Source of the DNA: an uncultured Verrucomicrobiota bacterium | GTDB taxonomy: Bacteria; Verrucomicrobiota; Verrucomicrobiia; Limisphaerales; UBA1412 | NCBI GenBank assembly: GCA_944389455.1 | Contig: CALXMK010000005.1 | Span: 3,483 to 67,482 of the forward strand | Length of the DNA stretch: 64,000 nucleotides | Direction: 5' to 3' | In this document: one piece after another, positions 19,878 through 28,615 of the stretch | Numbering within the stretch: the first letter of the stretch is position 1 | How the letters are laid out: each line of letters begins with the position of its first letter | Translations under genes and position numbers: made by a program | Notes under the pieces: model-generated | Seen by the model: the letters and a program-made list of their open reading frames with translations, nothing else | Databases searched by the model: none | What the model was told of the DNA's origin: nothing

Positions 19878-20735
19878 CTACTGTTTCTTTGAAAAAGGTA
19901 TAACAATACAATTGTAATTATTATCCGTTTGACGACGCTGTTCATTCAGCCTGGAAGAAGTATACTGCTGGACAGATCCATCACCTAAAGTTACGTTACC
20001 ATTCTCCTGGTGAATACTGGTCGTCCAATTAGCTTTCTGCGTAGCTGTGGTATTGTTTGGATCATTGGTTGACAACACCAGAATGAAGGACGTCGTCATA
20101 TTGTAAATCTGATTGCTTGTGTTGCCAGTAACAACATTACGATCACCAAAAAGGAATGTCTGAGGAGATGTCTCATTGGCATCAAGCCCGACAAAATAAG
20201 ATAAATAATACTTATTAGACGCATCCGCAGGCTTCGAATAAAAATCAATAAAGCTATCCATTCCACTGGTGTTAACATCCGGATCCGAAGGACAACGAAT
20301 CAGTTTGACATCAGCCAACTCATTAGACATTACCGCATAGTGCAACCATTGTCCATTCATACCAGGAATTGTAAGCTTCTGATTGGCATTCGTCGGATTA
20401 GGAATATTTGTTGCACTATCACCTGTTACAGCTTGAACACGGGGCTGACCGGCAGATGAAGAGTGTGCCGAGGAGTGTGCATTGCTAACTACATCACTGC
20501 TGCCACCTTCGCTCGCCGCAACCTGCCAAGGAAACCGATCTTCATGATCCAAAGCATAGGTACGAGTACCCAACCCCATCTGTTTCAGATTGCCGGTACA
20601 AGAAATACGTTGAGCTTTCGCTTTGGCTTTAGCCAGAGCCGGCAGGAGCATACCCGCCAGAATAGCGATAATTGCGATCACAACCAAAAGCTCGATCAGT
20701 GTGAACGCTTTCTTCATTGTTGTTTGCTTTTTCAT
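19878..20735 (-). CDS. Prepilin-type N-terminal cleavage/methylation protein, H-X9-DG family (type II secretion/pseudopilin-like)
   Basis: [34 protein letters not shown] is a class III signal sequence. A C-terminal [12 protein letters not shown] fits the H-X9-DG motif. Start chosen at the ATG at 20735 (20717 is also possible); the ORF's upstream 33 codons look non-coding. Confidence 0.8.
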   Translation of the reverse strand: MKKQTTMKKAFTLIELLVVIAIIAILAGMLLPALAKAKAKAQRISCTGNLKQMGLGTRTYALDHEDRFPWQVAASEGGSSDVVSNAHSSAHSSSAGQPRVQAVTGDSATNIPNPTNANQKLTIPGMNGQWLHYAVMSNELADVKLIRCPSDPDVNTSGMDSFIDFYSKPADASNKYYLSYFVGLDANETSPQTFLFGDRNVVTGNTSNQIYNMTTSFILVLSTNDPNNTTATQKANWTTSIHQENGNVTLGDGSVQQYTSSRLNEQRRQTDNNYNCIVIPFSKKQ

Positions 20736-20896
20736 AGTCTTAGTTATATATATAAACTTCGTTCGCGGCGAATATTGGCACTCACCACCAACTTTGACGT
20801 AAGGGATTTTAATACTGCTTTCACCCATTGTCAAAAAAAAATTTCAAATCAAAATATAACATCCTGTATTTAAGCAGGATACAAATAAAAACAAAA

Positions 20897-21463
20897 TCAA
20901 TTATCAGATAATCTATGCGGCGAATAAGAAATAAGACTGTAATTTCCTCCTAATTTGCGCATTTTCTTCTTCCATAAATTGTGGTTATCCGATTCAAAAA
21001 TCTCTTTCTTGCTAGCCGAAGAAACTATCCATATACTCCGCTCCAACTCTTCTTCCAACTGCCCAGCACTCCATCCAGCATAACCTAAATAAAAGGTTAG
21101 ATTCTCCTCCTCAATCCCTTCTTCTTGATTAAAAATCTCATTCAAACTTCCTGTCACATTTATCTCCCCTATATTTTTGACAACATCTTCCGAACTTAAT
21201 TTTATCTCTGTCAGACAAAAAATTGTCTTAGTACCGATAGGTCCTCCCACTTTTACTTGCATATCACTAAATTTATCCGGAACCAGCTCTCCCAGTAATT
21301 CGCTAAGAGTAAATGAAGCTTCTTGATAATTCAGGACAAATCCCCATGCTCCTTCCGAATCATGATGACAAATCAAAACCGCGGTTTGATTAAAAAAAGA
21401 ACCATCTAGAATTCCGGAATCGAGTAATATTCTTCCTTCTAAAGAAATAAATTTTTTCTTCAT
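20897..21463 (-). CDS. yqgE: YqgE/AlgH family protein (UPF0301)
   Basis: The pattern LLDSGILDGSFFNQTAVLICHHDSEGAWGFVLN ... GGPI ... GYAGWSAGQLEEEL..S.W matches the family. Its ATG overlaps the ftsZ stop (ATGA at 21460-21463). Confidence 0.85.
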   Translation of the reverse strand: MKKKFISLEGRILLDSGILDGSFFNQTAVLICHHDSEGAWGFVLNYQEASFTLSELLGELVPDKFSDMQVKVGGPIGTKTIFCLTEIKLSSEDVVKNIGEINVTGSLNEIFNQEEGIEEENLTFYLGYAGWSAGQLEEELERSIWIVSSASKKEIFESDNHNLWKKKMRKLGGNYSLISYSPHRLSDN

Positions 21464-22842
21464 CGCTCAGCTCCAATATTTTTTATTTTATAGCCAACTC
21501 TCTGATATGTGGGAACATCCAAACAAATAGATCTTCCTTTTTTATAAAAAAAGGTCCTAGAACAATCCCTAAAACGCTCTCCAGGCAAAACACCTGAACC
21601 GTCTTTGAGAAACCTCTCTCCCTGCAAATCCAAAATCCCCTGGTTGGGATCTTGAACACTCTTAGAAGTTCTCCTTTTTGTAAGAGTTTTTCTAACTTCT
21701 TTTACTCCTTCTTCAAATAAATTGGGCAGCTCCGGAGGAGCTGGATTTTGTCCCATCGGAGGCTGTTTAATCTTCTCTTCATCTTCTCCTAATACTCCTG
21801 GCAAAATGCCATTCTTATATAAACTTCTATGGGAGGTTATTCTTTCTTCAGTCTGTTTTTTTGCCTCGGAAAAAGTACAAATTAAAATAGCAGATATCTC
21901 TCCATTTAAACCTTGATTCTGAAGGCTAACTCCCATTATTAATTTTGCGGCCGGATTAGCACAAGCGAGATACTCTTTAAGCATCTCTACCTCTTTATAA
22001 TTCAAGTCATTCTCTCCTCTTATAAACAATAAAAAATGCCGTGCTAAGCTAATAGCATTTTGCTCCTTAATCCAAGGATGAGATACCAATTTTTTCCAAA
22101 GTAATTCTATTCGATTAACTCCTTCTGCAGAAGCGGTAGCAAAGCAAATCGGAGTAAAAGAGTCTCCCCGGCCAAAGTTTTTCCATAACAATCCCAAATC
22201 CAGCGAAATCATACTTGGAAGATAAAGTCCAGCACAGAAACCATGAATTAATTGAACTATCTGCTGATTGACTAAATCAAAAATCTTGGTAAAAATGGCA
22301 TCTTCCTCCTTCATGATTTGGCTAGCTAACTGCTGATTAGAAATTACAAAGACAAGATTCGCTTCAGGCAAAACATCATCTAGTGTTCCTTTGGCATCCA
22401 GAGAACACCCTTCCATCTCAAAAGGAGCTATGCCTAATACCACAGTAAAAACTCCTAAATCAGCAGCCAAAGCTAAAATCCGAGGCGCCATTCCTGCTCC
22501 TAATCCACCGGCCAAACCTATAACTAAAAATAAAATCTCCCGTCCCATCAACAATTCCTTCAATCTCTCTTCCTCTGCCAACGCAACTCTCACTCCAACC
22601 CCTCTTCTCCTGCCGGTACCAATTCCATGGGCAATATTGGGAGCTAATAATAATTTTTCACATTCCTTTATCGGTTCTAAGTTTCTGCTGTCAACATCCA
22701 GCACGATGCAATCAACCTCTCTCATTGGATTCTCAACCAATTTCGCCACACAAAAAACTCCCGCGCCGCCCACGCCCATTACTAAAGCAGAGCTTCTTTC
22801 TAAAAATCCATTATCTGTCTTTGCCGGCTGATTGCTAATCAC
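21460..22842 (-). CDS. ftsZ: Highly divergent FtsZ-like cell division protein
   Basis: It occupies the position after ftsQ-ftsA. Collinear matches to FtsZ are GVGGAG (T1), GIGTGRRRGVG (T3), GLAGGLGAGMAP (T4), PFEMEG, ISLDLGLL (T7) and C-terminal LDVPTYQR. Several GTP-contact residues are substituted (see findings). Confidence 0.75.
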   Translation of the reverse strand: MISNQPAKTDNGFLERSSALVMGVGGAGVFCVAKLVENPMREVDCIVLDVDSRNLEPIKECEKLLLAPNIAHGIGTGRRRGVGVRVALAEEERLKELLMGREILFLVIGLAGGLGAGMAPRILALAADLGVFTVVLGIAPFEMEGCSLDAKGTLDDVLPEANLVFVISNQQLASQIMKEEDAIFTKIFDLVNQQIVQLIHGFCAGLYLPSMISLDLGLLWKNFGRGDSFTPICFATASAEGVNRIELLWKKLVSHPWIKEQNAISLARHFLLFIRGENDLNYKEVEMLKEYLACANPAAKLIMGVSLQNQGLNGEISAILICTFSEAKKQTEERITSHRSLYKNGILPGVLGEDEEKIKQPPMGQNPAPPELPNLFEEGVKEVRKTLTKRRTSKSVQDPNQGILDLQGERFLKDGSGVLPGERFRDCSRTFFYKKGRSICLDVPTYQRVGYKIKNIGAER

Positions 22843-22985
22843 TATCTATACCCCTGCGTAAATACATTTTCTCACTCTTCAGCTTCCATCATTTCACACT
22901 TTCTCCCCAGAGGTAAAATACACTGCATCCACTCCATACGCAATCCAATTTATCGTTTTCCCCCTCTGAATATTTCCAATTAAAA

Positions 22986-24257
22986 TCAATGTGTTTGCAA
23001 TGTATGCATTATACCAAAATAAGCTAATCCGAAAGCTGTAGCAAACTCAGGTTTTTCCCACGATTCCGATTCATTAGGATCACTCTTAGCATTAAGCCTC
23101 CTAAATATAGGATTCATTCGAAACGAAACATATCGGACCCCAAATACACTCGATGCCAATTCATTAATCAATGGAATATGTGCTCCTCCCCCGCAAATGG
23201 TTACACTTTGATTGGAATTAAGCCTTAAATTCCTCATTTCCAATAAATCTTTCACTACCTCAAATACCTCTTTAAGTCTCAACTCCATAACCATCTGCAT
23301 ATTATCCGCAGGAATAACATACTCTTTTCCCTTCACTCTGTGTCTAAAACTAGCTCCCTTAGCTTCCGGATCATGAATAGCTCGTCCATACTGTCGCTTG
23401 ATTACCTCCGCTGTCCCTAAAGGGATGTTAAACGCAATGGCTAAATCATTACTGACATGATCTCCCCCAACACGCAGAACCCCCGCATCACGGATAATTC
23501 CTCTTTCATAAAAAACATACTCTGTTGTTCCTGCACCCAAATCAATAATTAACCCACCCGGAGATTCCTCGTTATCCATTAGCATCAAAGCGGAAGCATA
23601 CCCCGAAAAACAGACAAAAGGCTCCAATCTCATATTAGCAATCATCCCCTGTATCGCATTTACTTTCAAAGAATCCACATATACAACGTTTCTGCTTGTA
23701 ACAAGTGTAAATCCAATCTTTCCTACAGGAGAATCAAGACTTAAAAGGGTTCCGTCCAGCTGATACTCCTGTTGAAAAAAATGCAGAATTCTCTTATCTT
23801 CAGAAAATCTTAAATTTTGCAAGTTAAACTTAGCATTTCTCTCATCAATATCAGTAACAACTCCTTCAGAATTATTTATAGGCTGGATTGCCTTCTGCAG
23901 AGTACACTTTACACCAGAACCTGTAATTCCTACATAGACTCGTTCCAATGTTGCATCTGCCATTTTTTCAGCCTCACTAAATGCCTCCCTCAGTTCTCCT
24001 TCTACTTGGCTCAAATTGATGATATCTCCTTTGCGTACTGCAGTAGAACGCCATTGTCCGATACCAATAATTTCTGGTATTTCATGACCATCCTTAGAAA
24101 ATGTAGCCACTGCTACTGTAATCTTGGATGTTCCAATATCAATCCCCGCTATGTAACGAGATGATTTAAAAAGCCTAAATTTCTCAATCCCGCATTGTAT
24201 TTTTTTAAACACGCCTCCTAAAACAGATTGAGAGGCTTGTAGCGAATCTTTAAACAT
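22986..24257 (-). CDS. ftsA: Cell division protein FtsA
   Basis: The actin-like ATPase motifs AGIDIGTSKITVAV and IIDLGAGTTE are present, and the gene sits in the dcw position between ftsQ and ftsZ. Confidence 0.9.
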   Translation of the reverse strand: MFKDSLQASQSVLGGVFKKIQCGIEKFRLFKSSRYIAGIDIGTSKITVAVATFSKDGHEIPEIIGIGQWRSTAVRKGDIINLSQVEGELREAFSEAEKMADATLERVYVGITGSGVKCTLQKAIQPINNSEGVVTDIDERNAKFNLQNLRFSEDKRILHFFQQEYQLDGTLLSLDSPVGKIGFTLVTSRNVVYVDSLKVNAIQGMIANMRLEPFVCFSGYASALMLMDNEESPGGLIIDLGAGTTEYVFYERGIIRDAGVLRVGGDHVSNDLAIAFNIPLGTAEVIKRQYGRAIHDPEAKGASFRHRVKGKEYVIPADNMQMVMELRLKEVFEVVKDLLEMRNLRLNSNQSVTICGGGAHIPLINELASSVFGVRYVSFRMNPIFRRLNAKSDPNESESWEKPEFATAFGLAYFGIMHTLQTH

Positions 24258-24288
24258 AGCAGATATTCCCCTCCCTTCATTTACACGA

Positions 24289-25233
24289 TTAAGGCGAAGA
24301 TAACCTCTCTCCAGTTTGTACTGAAGTAAACCAGGTCACTGGAACATTATTACTTACAGAAAGATCTATCCTGCCAATGTTTAAATTATGATCCATTCCA
24401 TAACGATAAATCTTCTCCCAACGGGCTAAACCCAGCTCCAGCTCTTCAGGATCTAAAATTATCTCCATTTGAGAAACCGTTTTGGCAATTAAAAAACCAC
24501 TGTTGCCAATATCTATCTCAACCAGCGCCTCTAAATCTGAAAAAAACAGTTTTTTATAGAGTTTCATAAACTTAAGCACATTAAGTACTTCTCTATTCTT
24601 ACACTGCTCTCCAGCAATCCTCATGTTTTTATTGTACACTCCCACTAACATTGGCAAAGAGCTTAACTCTATATCACTCATACAGCAAAAATAATCATCA
24701 GGAGCTATAACATAGCCGTCTTCATCCAGAAAGCAAACTTCCCAATTACCATCTGTTAAAGTATCCGTATTCAATACCCAACGATAAAAACGAATCACTG
24801 GGGTACGAGCATAAACCTGAATACGAAGCGTATCAGGTAATCCTCTCTCAAAAGAAGCGCTCTCAATTACGGAAACATGCTCTAACTTTCGCTTCATTCT
24901 GTTTAAATCCAACGCCATTAAGTTATCCCTATAAACCTGAATCCCCAAAAAATCTAATACCGATTCTTTATTTACTTGACCAAAAGATAACAGCTCCACT
25001 TGGCGGAGCGTAAACATCTTATTGGTATAAAGGGTCTTCTCTAAAATCAGATTTAGAGTATTTTGTCCCAAAAAATAAACACTCAGAACAATACCAATCA
25101 GTGTAACACACCAAAGACCACTCCAAAAATAACTCCGGATGTGCCTCCGCCTTATTAAAATCCGTATCTCCTCCTCCGGTGAAAGAATCGGCTTTTGAAC
25201 TTGCGGCTGCTGAGCTTTATTTTTCCAGAACAT
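24289..25233 (-). CDS. ftsQ: Cell division protein FtsQ (POTRA domain)
   Basis: It has an N-terminal cytoplasmic stretch, a single TM helix (FWSGLWCVTLIGIVLSVYFLG) and a POTRA-like region (F.LRQVEL.S.GQV.KESVLDFLGI....NL..LDL......LE....IESA...R.LPDTL.I.V..R). The dcw position also fits. Confidence 0.8.
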   Translation of the reverse strand: MFWKNKAQQPQVQKPILSPEEEIRILIRRRHIRSYFWSGLWCVTLIGIVLSVYFLGQNTLNLILEKTLYTNKMFTLRQVELLSFGQVNKESVLDFLGIQVYRDNLMALDLNRMKRKLEHVSVIESASFERGLPDTLRIQVYARTPVIRFYRWVLNTDTLTDGNWEVCFLDEDGYVIAPDDYFCCMSDIELSSLPMLVGVYNKNMRIAGEQCKNREVLNVLKFMKLYKKLFFSDLEALVEIDIGNSGFLIAKTVSQMEIILDPEELELGLARWEKIYRYGMDHNLNIGRIDLSVSNNVPVTWFTSVQTGERLSSP

Positions 25234-25245
25234 AATACAATTAGA

Positions 25246-27105
25246 TCAACTTGTTACCGTAGAATGTTTGAGAGCCAACTCCACCATTTTACTGCATAAA
25301 TCCTCATAATTAAGTCCAGCTGCTGCCGCCGCTTTAGGAAGCAAACTGGTAGTACTCATGCCAGGCAATGTATTTATCTCCAATACCCAACATTGTCCTT
25401 CCCGATCCAAAATCATATCTACTCGAGCATAATCTCTGGCTCCTACTGCGTAAAAAGTTTTAAGTGCTGCCTCTTGAACTTTCATCGTCAAAATATCACT
25501 GATCTTTGCCGGACAAATATACTCCGTAGCACCTGAAGTATATTTACTCTTATAATCGTAAATACCGGACTTGGGCCGTAATTCAACCAGTGGCAGAGCC
25601 TCACCATTCAGAATACTTGCCGTCAATTCCCTTCCTGAAATCTTATCTTCCATTAACGCTTGGCTACCATACTTAAGAACTTCACGAACGGCATTAAAAA
25701 AATCCTCTTCTCGTTCAACCACCTGTAAACCGACACTCGATCCCTCTCTGAGAGGTTTCAAAATAACCGGCAGTCGCCATCCCTCCGGCAACTGGTCCAT
25801 CTCTTTATCAATCAGCATCGCCTTTGGCATTTTGACCCCTAAAGCCTCACAGTGTTTTCTGGTAAGCAGCTTATCGAATCCGATTCGACTGGCCTCAGCT
25901 CCGCTGCCAGTATAGGGAATTCCCAACCGATCAAGCTCACTCTGAACTTGGCCATCCTCCCCATATGTACCATGAAGAGCTAAAAAAACGACCTCTGTTC
26001 CCAACGGTAAACTCCATCCCTCAGTAGGATCTGGATCTAACTCTTTGACTTGATAACCCGCGTTTCGCAATGCCTCTGCAACTAAACGGCCTGAATTAAG
26101 AGAAACTTCACGTTCTCTTGAAATTCCACCCCGAAAAACTGTTACAAGCGGTTTAGGCTTCTCCTGAGGTTTATCTTCTCCAATAATCATGATCTCCGTT
26201 TCCAAATCGATTCCACGCTCCTGTTTTACCCGATTCTTAATCTTGTCCATCAATTCCAGTAAATCATTCGCACTGGCATCATTTTTATTTATTAAAAAAT
26301 TCCCATGTTGCTCAGATACTTTAGCTCCTCCTACAGTCATTCCTTTAAGTCCTAATTGATCAATTAATTTTCCCGCAGAAATCTCAGGAGGATTCTTAAA
26401 CGTACAACCTGCACTTGCGGAATGAGCCTGGGTTTGCTGTCGGTAATCCCTAAAACGCTTCATCTTGGCAGAGATTTCATCCTCATCAGCTTTATAAACC
26501 TTAAGTTCGGCTTTCAAAATAATATAACCTTCCATCGAAGGACAAGAACGATACCCATGGCTCAGCTCCGAAGGAAGGAAAGTCCGAATATTTCCTCGCA
26601 TATCCATCGCGCTAACCGACTCCAAAACATCGAAGAGACACACTTTATAAGCCCCAGCGTTCATGCGGATAGCTCCCCCCAAAGAACCTGGAATTCCCTC
26701 AACAAATTCTACTCCTCCTACCCCCCTGCTTTGGGCATAAATAGCAATATTCCGCAAACGAGCTCCGGCTCCGGCCTCAATCAATAATCCTCTGTCTTTA
26801 AGCTCAATTTTACTGAAAACTGAATTCTTCAATCCTAGAACCACTCCGCGAATACCACCATCTTTAACTAATAAATTAGATCCATTTCCAATAGTAAAAA
26901 CTGAAACTCCTCGCTTAGTACAAAAATCCAAGATTATTCTCAACTCCTGAATTCCTACAGGTTCAATATATAAATCTGCTGGGCCACCGATCTTGAGAGT
27001 CGTCAAATGCTTCATAAGGTAATTCTCTCTGCACAAGGTCTTCTTAGAAAGCAATTGTTTCAGATCCTCTCTCCAATCAAGTTCCTCCTTAGAATATATA
27101 ATCAT
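25246..27105 (-). CDS. murB-ddl: Fusion protein: UDP-N-acetylenolpyruvoylglucosamine reductase (MurB) / D-alanine--D-alanine ligase (Ddl)
   Basis: Residues 1 to about 305 are MurB-like (LKHLTTLKIGGPADLY..P....EL......C..RGV.VFTIGNGSNLLV.D.GIRGVV). After a KPQEKPKP linker, residues about 320-619 are Ddl-like (V.VFRGGISREREVSLNSG, LHGTYGEDGQVQ..L...GIPYTGSG, EINTLPGM). It is a single uninterrupted ORF. Confidence 0.9.
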   Translation of the reverse strand: MIIYSKEELDWREDLKQLLSKKTLCRENYLMKHLTTLKIGGPADLYIEPVGIQELRIILDFCTKRGVSVFTIGNGSNLLVKDGGIRGVVLGLKNSVFSKIELKDRGLLIEAGAGARLRNIAIYAQSRGVGGVEFVEGIPGSLGGAIRMNAGAYKVCLFDVLESVSAMDMRGNIRTFLPSELSHGYRSCPSMEGYIILKAELKVYKADEDEISAKMKRFRDYRQQTQAHSASAGCTFKNPPEISAGKLIDQLGLKGMTVGGAKVSEQHGNFLINKNDASANDLLELMDKIKNRVKQERGIDLETEIMIIGEDKPQEKPKPLVTVFRGGISREREVSLNSGRLVAEALRNAGYQVKELDPDPTEGWSLPLGTEVVFLALHGTYGEDGQVQSELDRLGIPYTGSGAEASRIGFDKLLTRKHCEALGVKMPKAMLIDKEMDQLPEGWRLPVILKPLREGSSVGLQVVEREEDFFNAVREVLKYGSQALMEDKISGRELTASILNGEALPLVELRPKSGIYDYKSKYTSGATEYICPAKISDILTMKVQEAALKTFYAVGARDYARVDMILDREGQCWVLEINTLPGMSTTSLLPKAAAAAGLNYEDLCSKMVELALKHSTVTS

Positions 27106-28574
27106 TTTTCTTCTTTAGAATGTTTTAAAAGATCCACATATTGATGAGCCAAATTTGAAATATCTCCCGCTCCCAAAAACAAAACCGTATCTCCCGGACG
27201 CAATGTTGACTCAATAGCCATTCTGACATCATCAAGTTTTTGACGATATTCCACGGCTTGTCCACGCTCTTGAATAGCATTGGCCAGCATTTGCCCAGAT
27301 ACACCCGGGATAGGATCTTCACTGGCACTGTAAACATCCGTTAAAAACAACTGATCCACACCCGTGAAGCAAGAAGCAAACTCACTTAGTAATTTCTGCA
27401 TACGACTGAACCGATGTGGCTGAAATGCCACCAACAGACGTCCATCTTTCAAAATCCCCTGCTGACGAATTGCGCGAATAGTTGCTTCTATTTCCACCGG
27501 ATGATGTCCATAATCTTCTATAATTCGATAATTATCATCTTTGTATAAAAGCTCCTGCCGGCGCCGAGCTCCTTTAAAACTCTTCAATCCCTCTGCTATA
27601 GATTCTGCCGAATACCCCGCTTCTAATAGGAAGGATGCTACCCCTGCAGCATTACAAATATTATGCTCTCCCAAAAGCTGTATTTGAAATTCTTTTACCT
27701 CTCCGCTTGGTGTGATTAACTCAAAAGAATTCTTATTCAACTTTATGCTCCCAATTCGATAATCGGCCCGAGGATTCACTCCAAACGTAATCCCTCTCTC
27801 TTTGAAAGAATACTCTTTGAGCTGCATCACCCAAGGATTATCCGCGCAGCAGAAAATTTTCCCTGAAATTTGGTCAGCAAATTGGCTAAAAGTCTGTTCA
27901 ATCATCTCCCTGCTGCTATAATAATCCAAATGATCTCTATCCAAATTTAAAATAAAAGCCTGCTCCGGATAAAAACTTAATAAACTACCATCACTTTCAT
28001 CTGTTTCTGCAATAAACCACCCTTTTCCTTTTACTCGAGGCAAACGTGCGTGAGGCATAAGCTGGGCACACTGAGCTCCTACAGCATATCCTACTCCCGA
28101 ATCAAATCGACTTAAACACCATGAGAGAATACTGCTAACAGTTGTTTTTCCATGCATTCCCGCTACACATACTCCCCGATAATCCTTCATCATATAAGAA
28201 AGTGCCTCAGCTCGATGTACAAGAGGAATTCCCAAATGCAACGCCTCTCGGATATCCTCACTCTCCCTTCTCACTGCAGAGGAATAAATTAGCAGATCTG
28301 GACGCATTTCACTAATATTCTCTGCCTTATGTTGAGAATAAACCCTGGCTCCTCTCTCAATCAACTCACACACCGTACTAGCCTCCGGATCCATGTCCGC
28401 TCCGGAAACACTCCATCCTTTATCTAAAAACAAATGAGCAAGTCCGCTAACCCCTATTCCTCCTATTCCCGAAAAGTAGACCTTATGTAAACCAGCGCGC
28501 GTCCTATCCAAATTTAAAAGAGAAGTAAAGCTCCCTTTTCCACTCTGTCCTCCATCATACTCTTTCCAAACCAT
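27102..28574 (-). CDS. murC: UDP-N-acetylmuramate--L-alanine ligase
   Basis: VYFSGIGGIGVSGLAHLFLDKGWSVSGAD and GMHGKTTVSSIL are Mur ligase motifs, and the dcw position fits. The ATGA overlap at 27102-27105 is the murC stop overlapping the downstream murB-ddl start. Confidence 0.95.
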   Translation of the reverse strand: MVWKEYDGGQSGKGSFTSLLNLDRTRAGLHKVYFSGIGGIGVSGLAHLFLDKGWSVSGADMDPEASTVCELIERGARVYSQHKAENISEMRPDLLIYSSAVRRESEDIREALHLGIPLVHRAEALSYMMKDYRGVCVAGMHGKTTVSSILSWCLSRFDSGVGYAVGAQCAQLMPHARLPRVKGKGWFIAETDESDGSLLSFYPEQAFILNLDRDHLDYYSSREMIEQTFSQFADQISGKIFCCADNPWVMQLKEYSFKERGITFGVNPRADYRIGSIKLNKNSFELITPSGEVKEFQIQLLGEHNICNAAGVASFLLEAGYSAESIAEGLKSFKGARRRQELLYKDDNYRIIEDYGHHPVEIEATIRAIRQQGILKDGRLLVAFQPHRFSRMQKLLSEFASCFTGVDQLFLTDVYSASEDPIPGVSGQMLANAIQERGQAVEYRQKLDDVRMAIESTLRPGDTVLFLGAGDISNLAHQYVDLLKHSKEEK

Positions 28575-28615
28575 TGCCTAACACTCCTCACACTATAAAA
28601 CATTCATCATTTAAA

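Noticed and set aside
20736-20834. N-terminal 33-codon extension of the H-X9-DG ORF
   Set aside because: Prepilin-type signal peptides sit at the extreme N-terminus with a short basic leader. The extension ([33 protein letters not shown]) would bury the signal, so internal ATGs at 20735 or 20717 are preferred.
20861-20880. Hairpin ATCCTG-N8-CAGGAT downstream of yqgE as the dcw terminator
   Set aside because: The stem is only 6 bp and the T-run lies more than 15 nt away, so this is too weak to call.
22391-22831. 146-aa ORF antisense to ftsZ, and similar antisense ORFs such as 6048-6425 in purB, 20463-20873 opposite the H-X9-DG gene, 16605-16943 in rsmD and 54832-55161 in murJ
   Set aside because: They lie entirely within well-supported genes on the opposite strand. 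Their composition is low-complexity or biased, typical of shadow ORFs, and they have no motifs.
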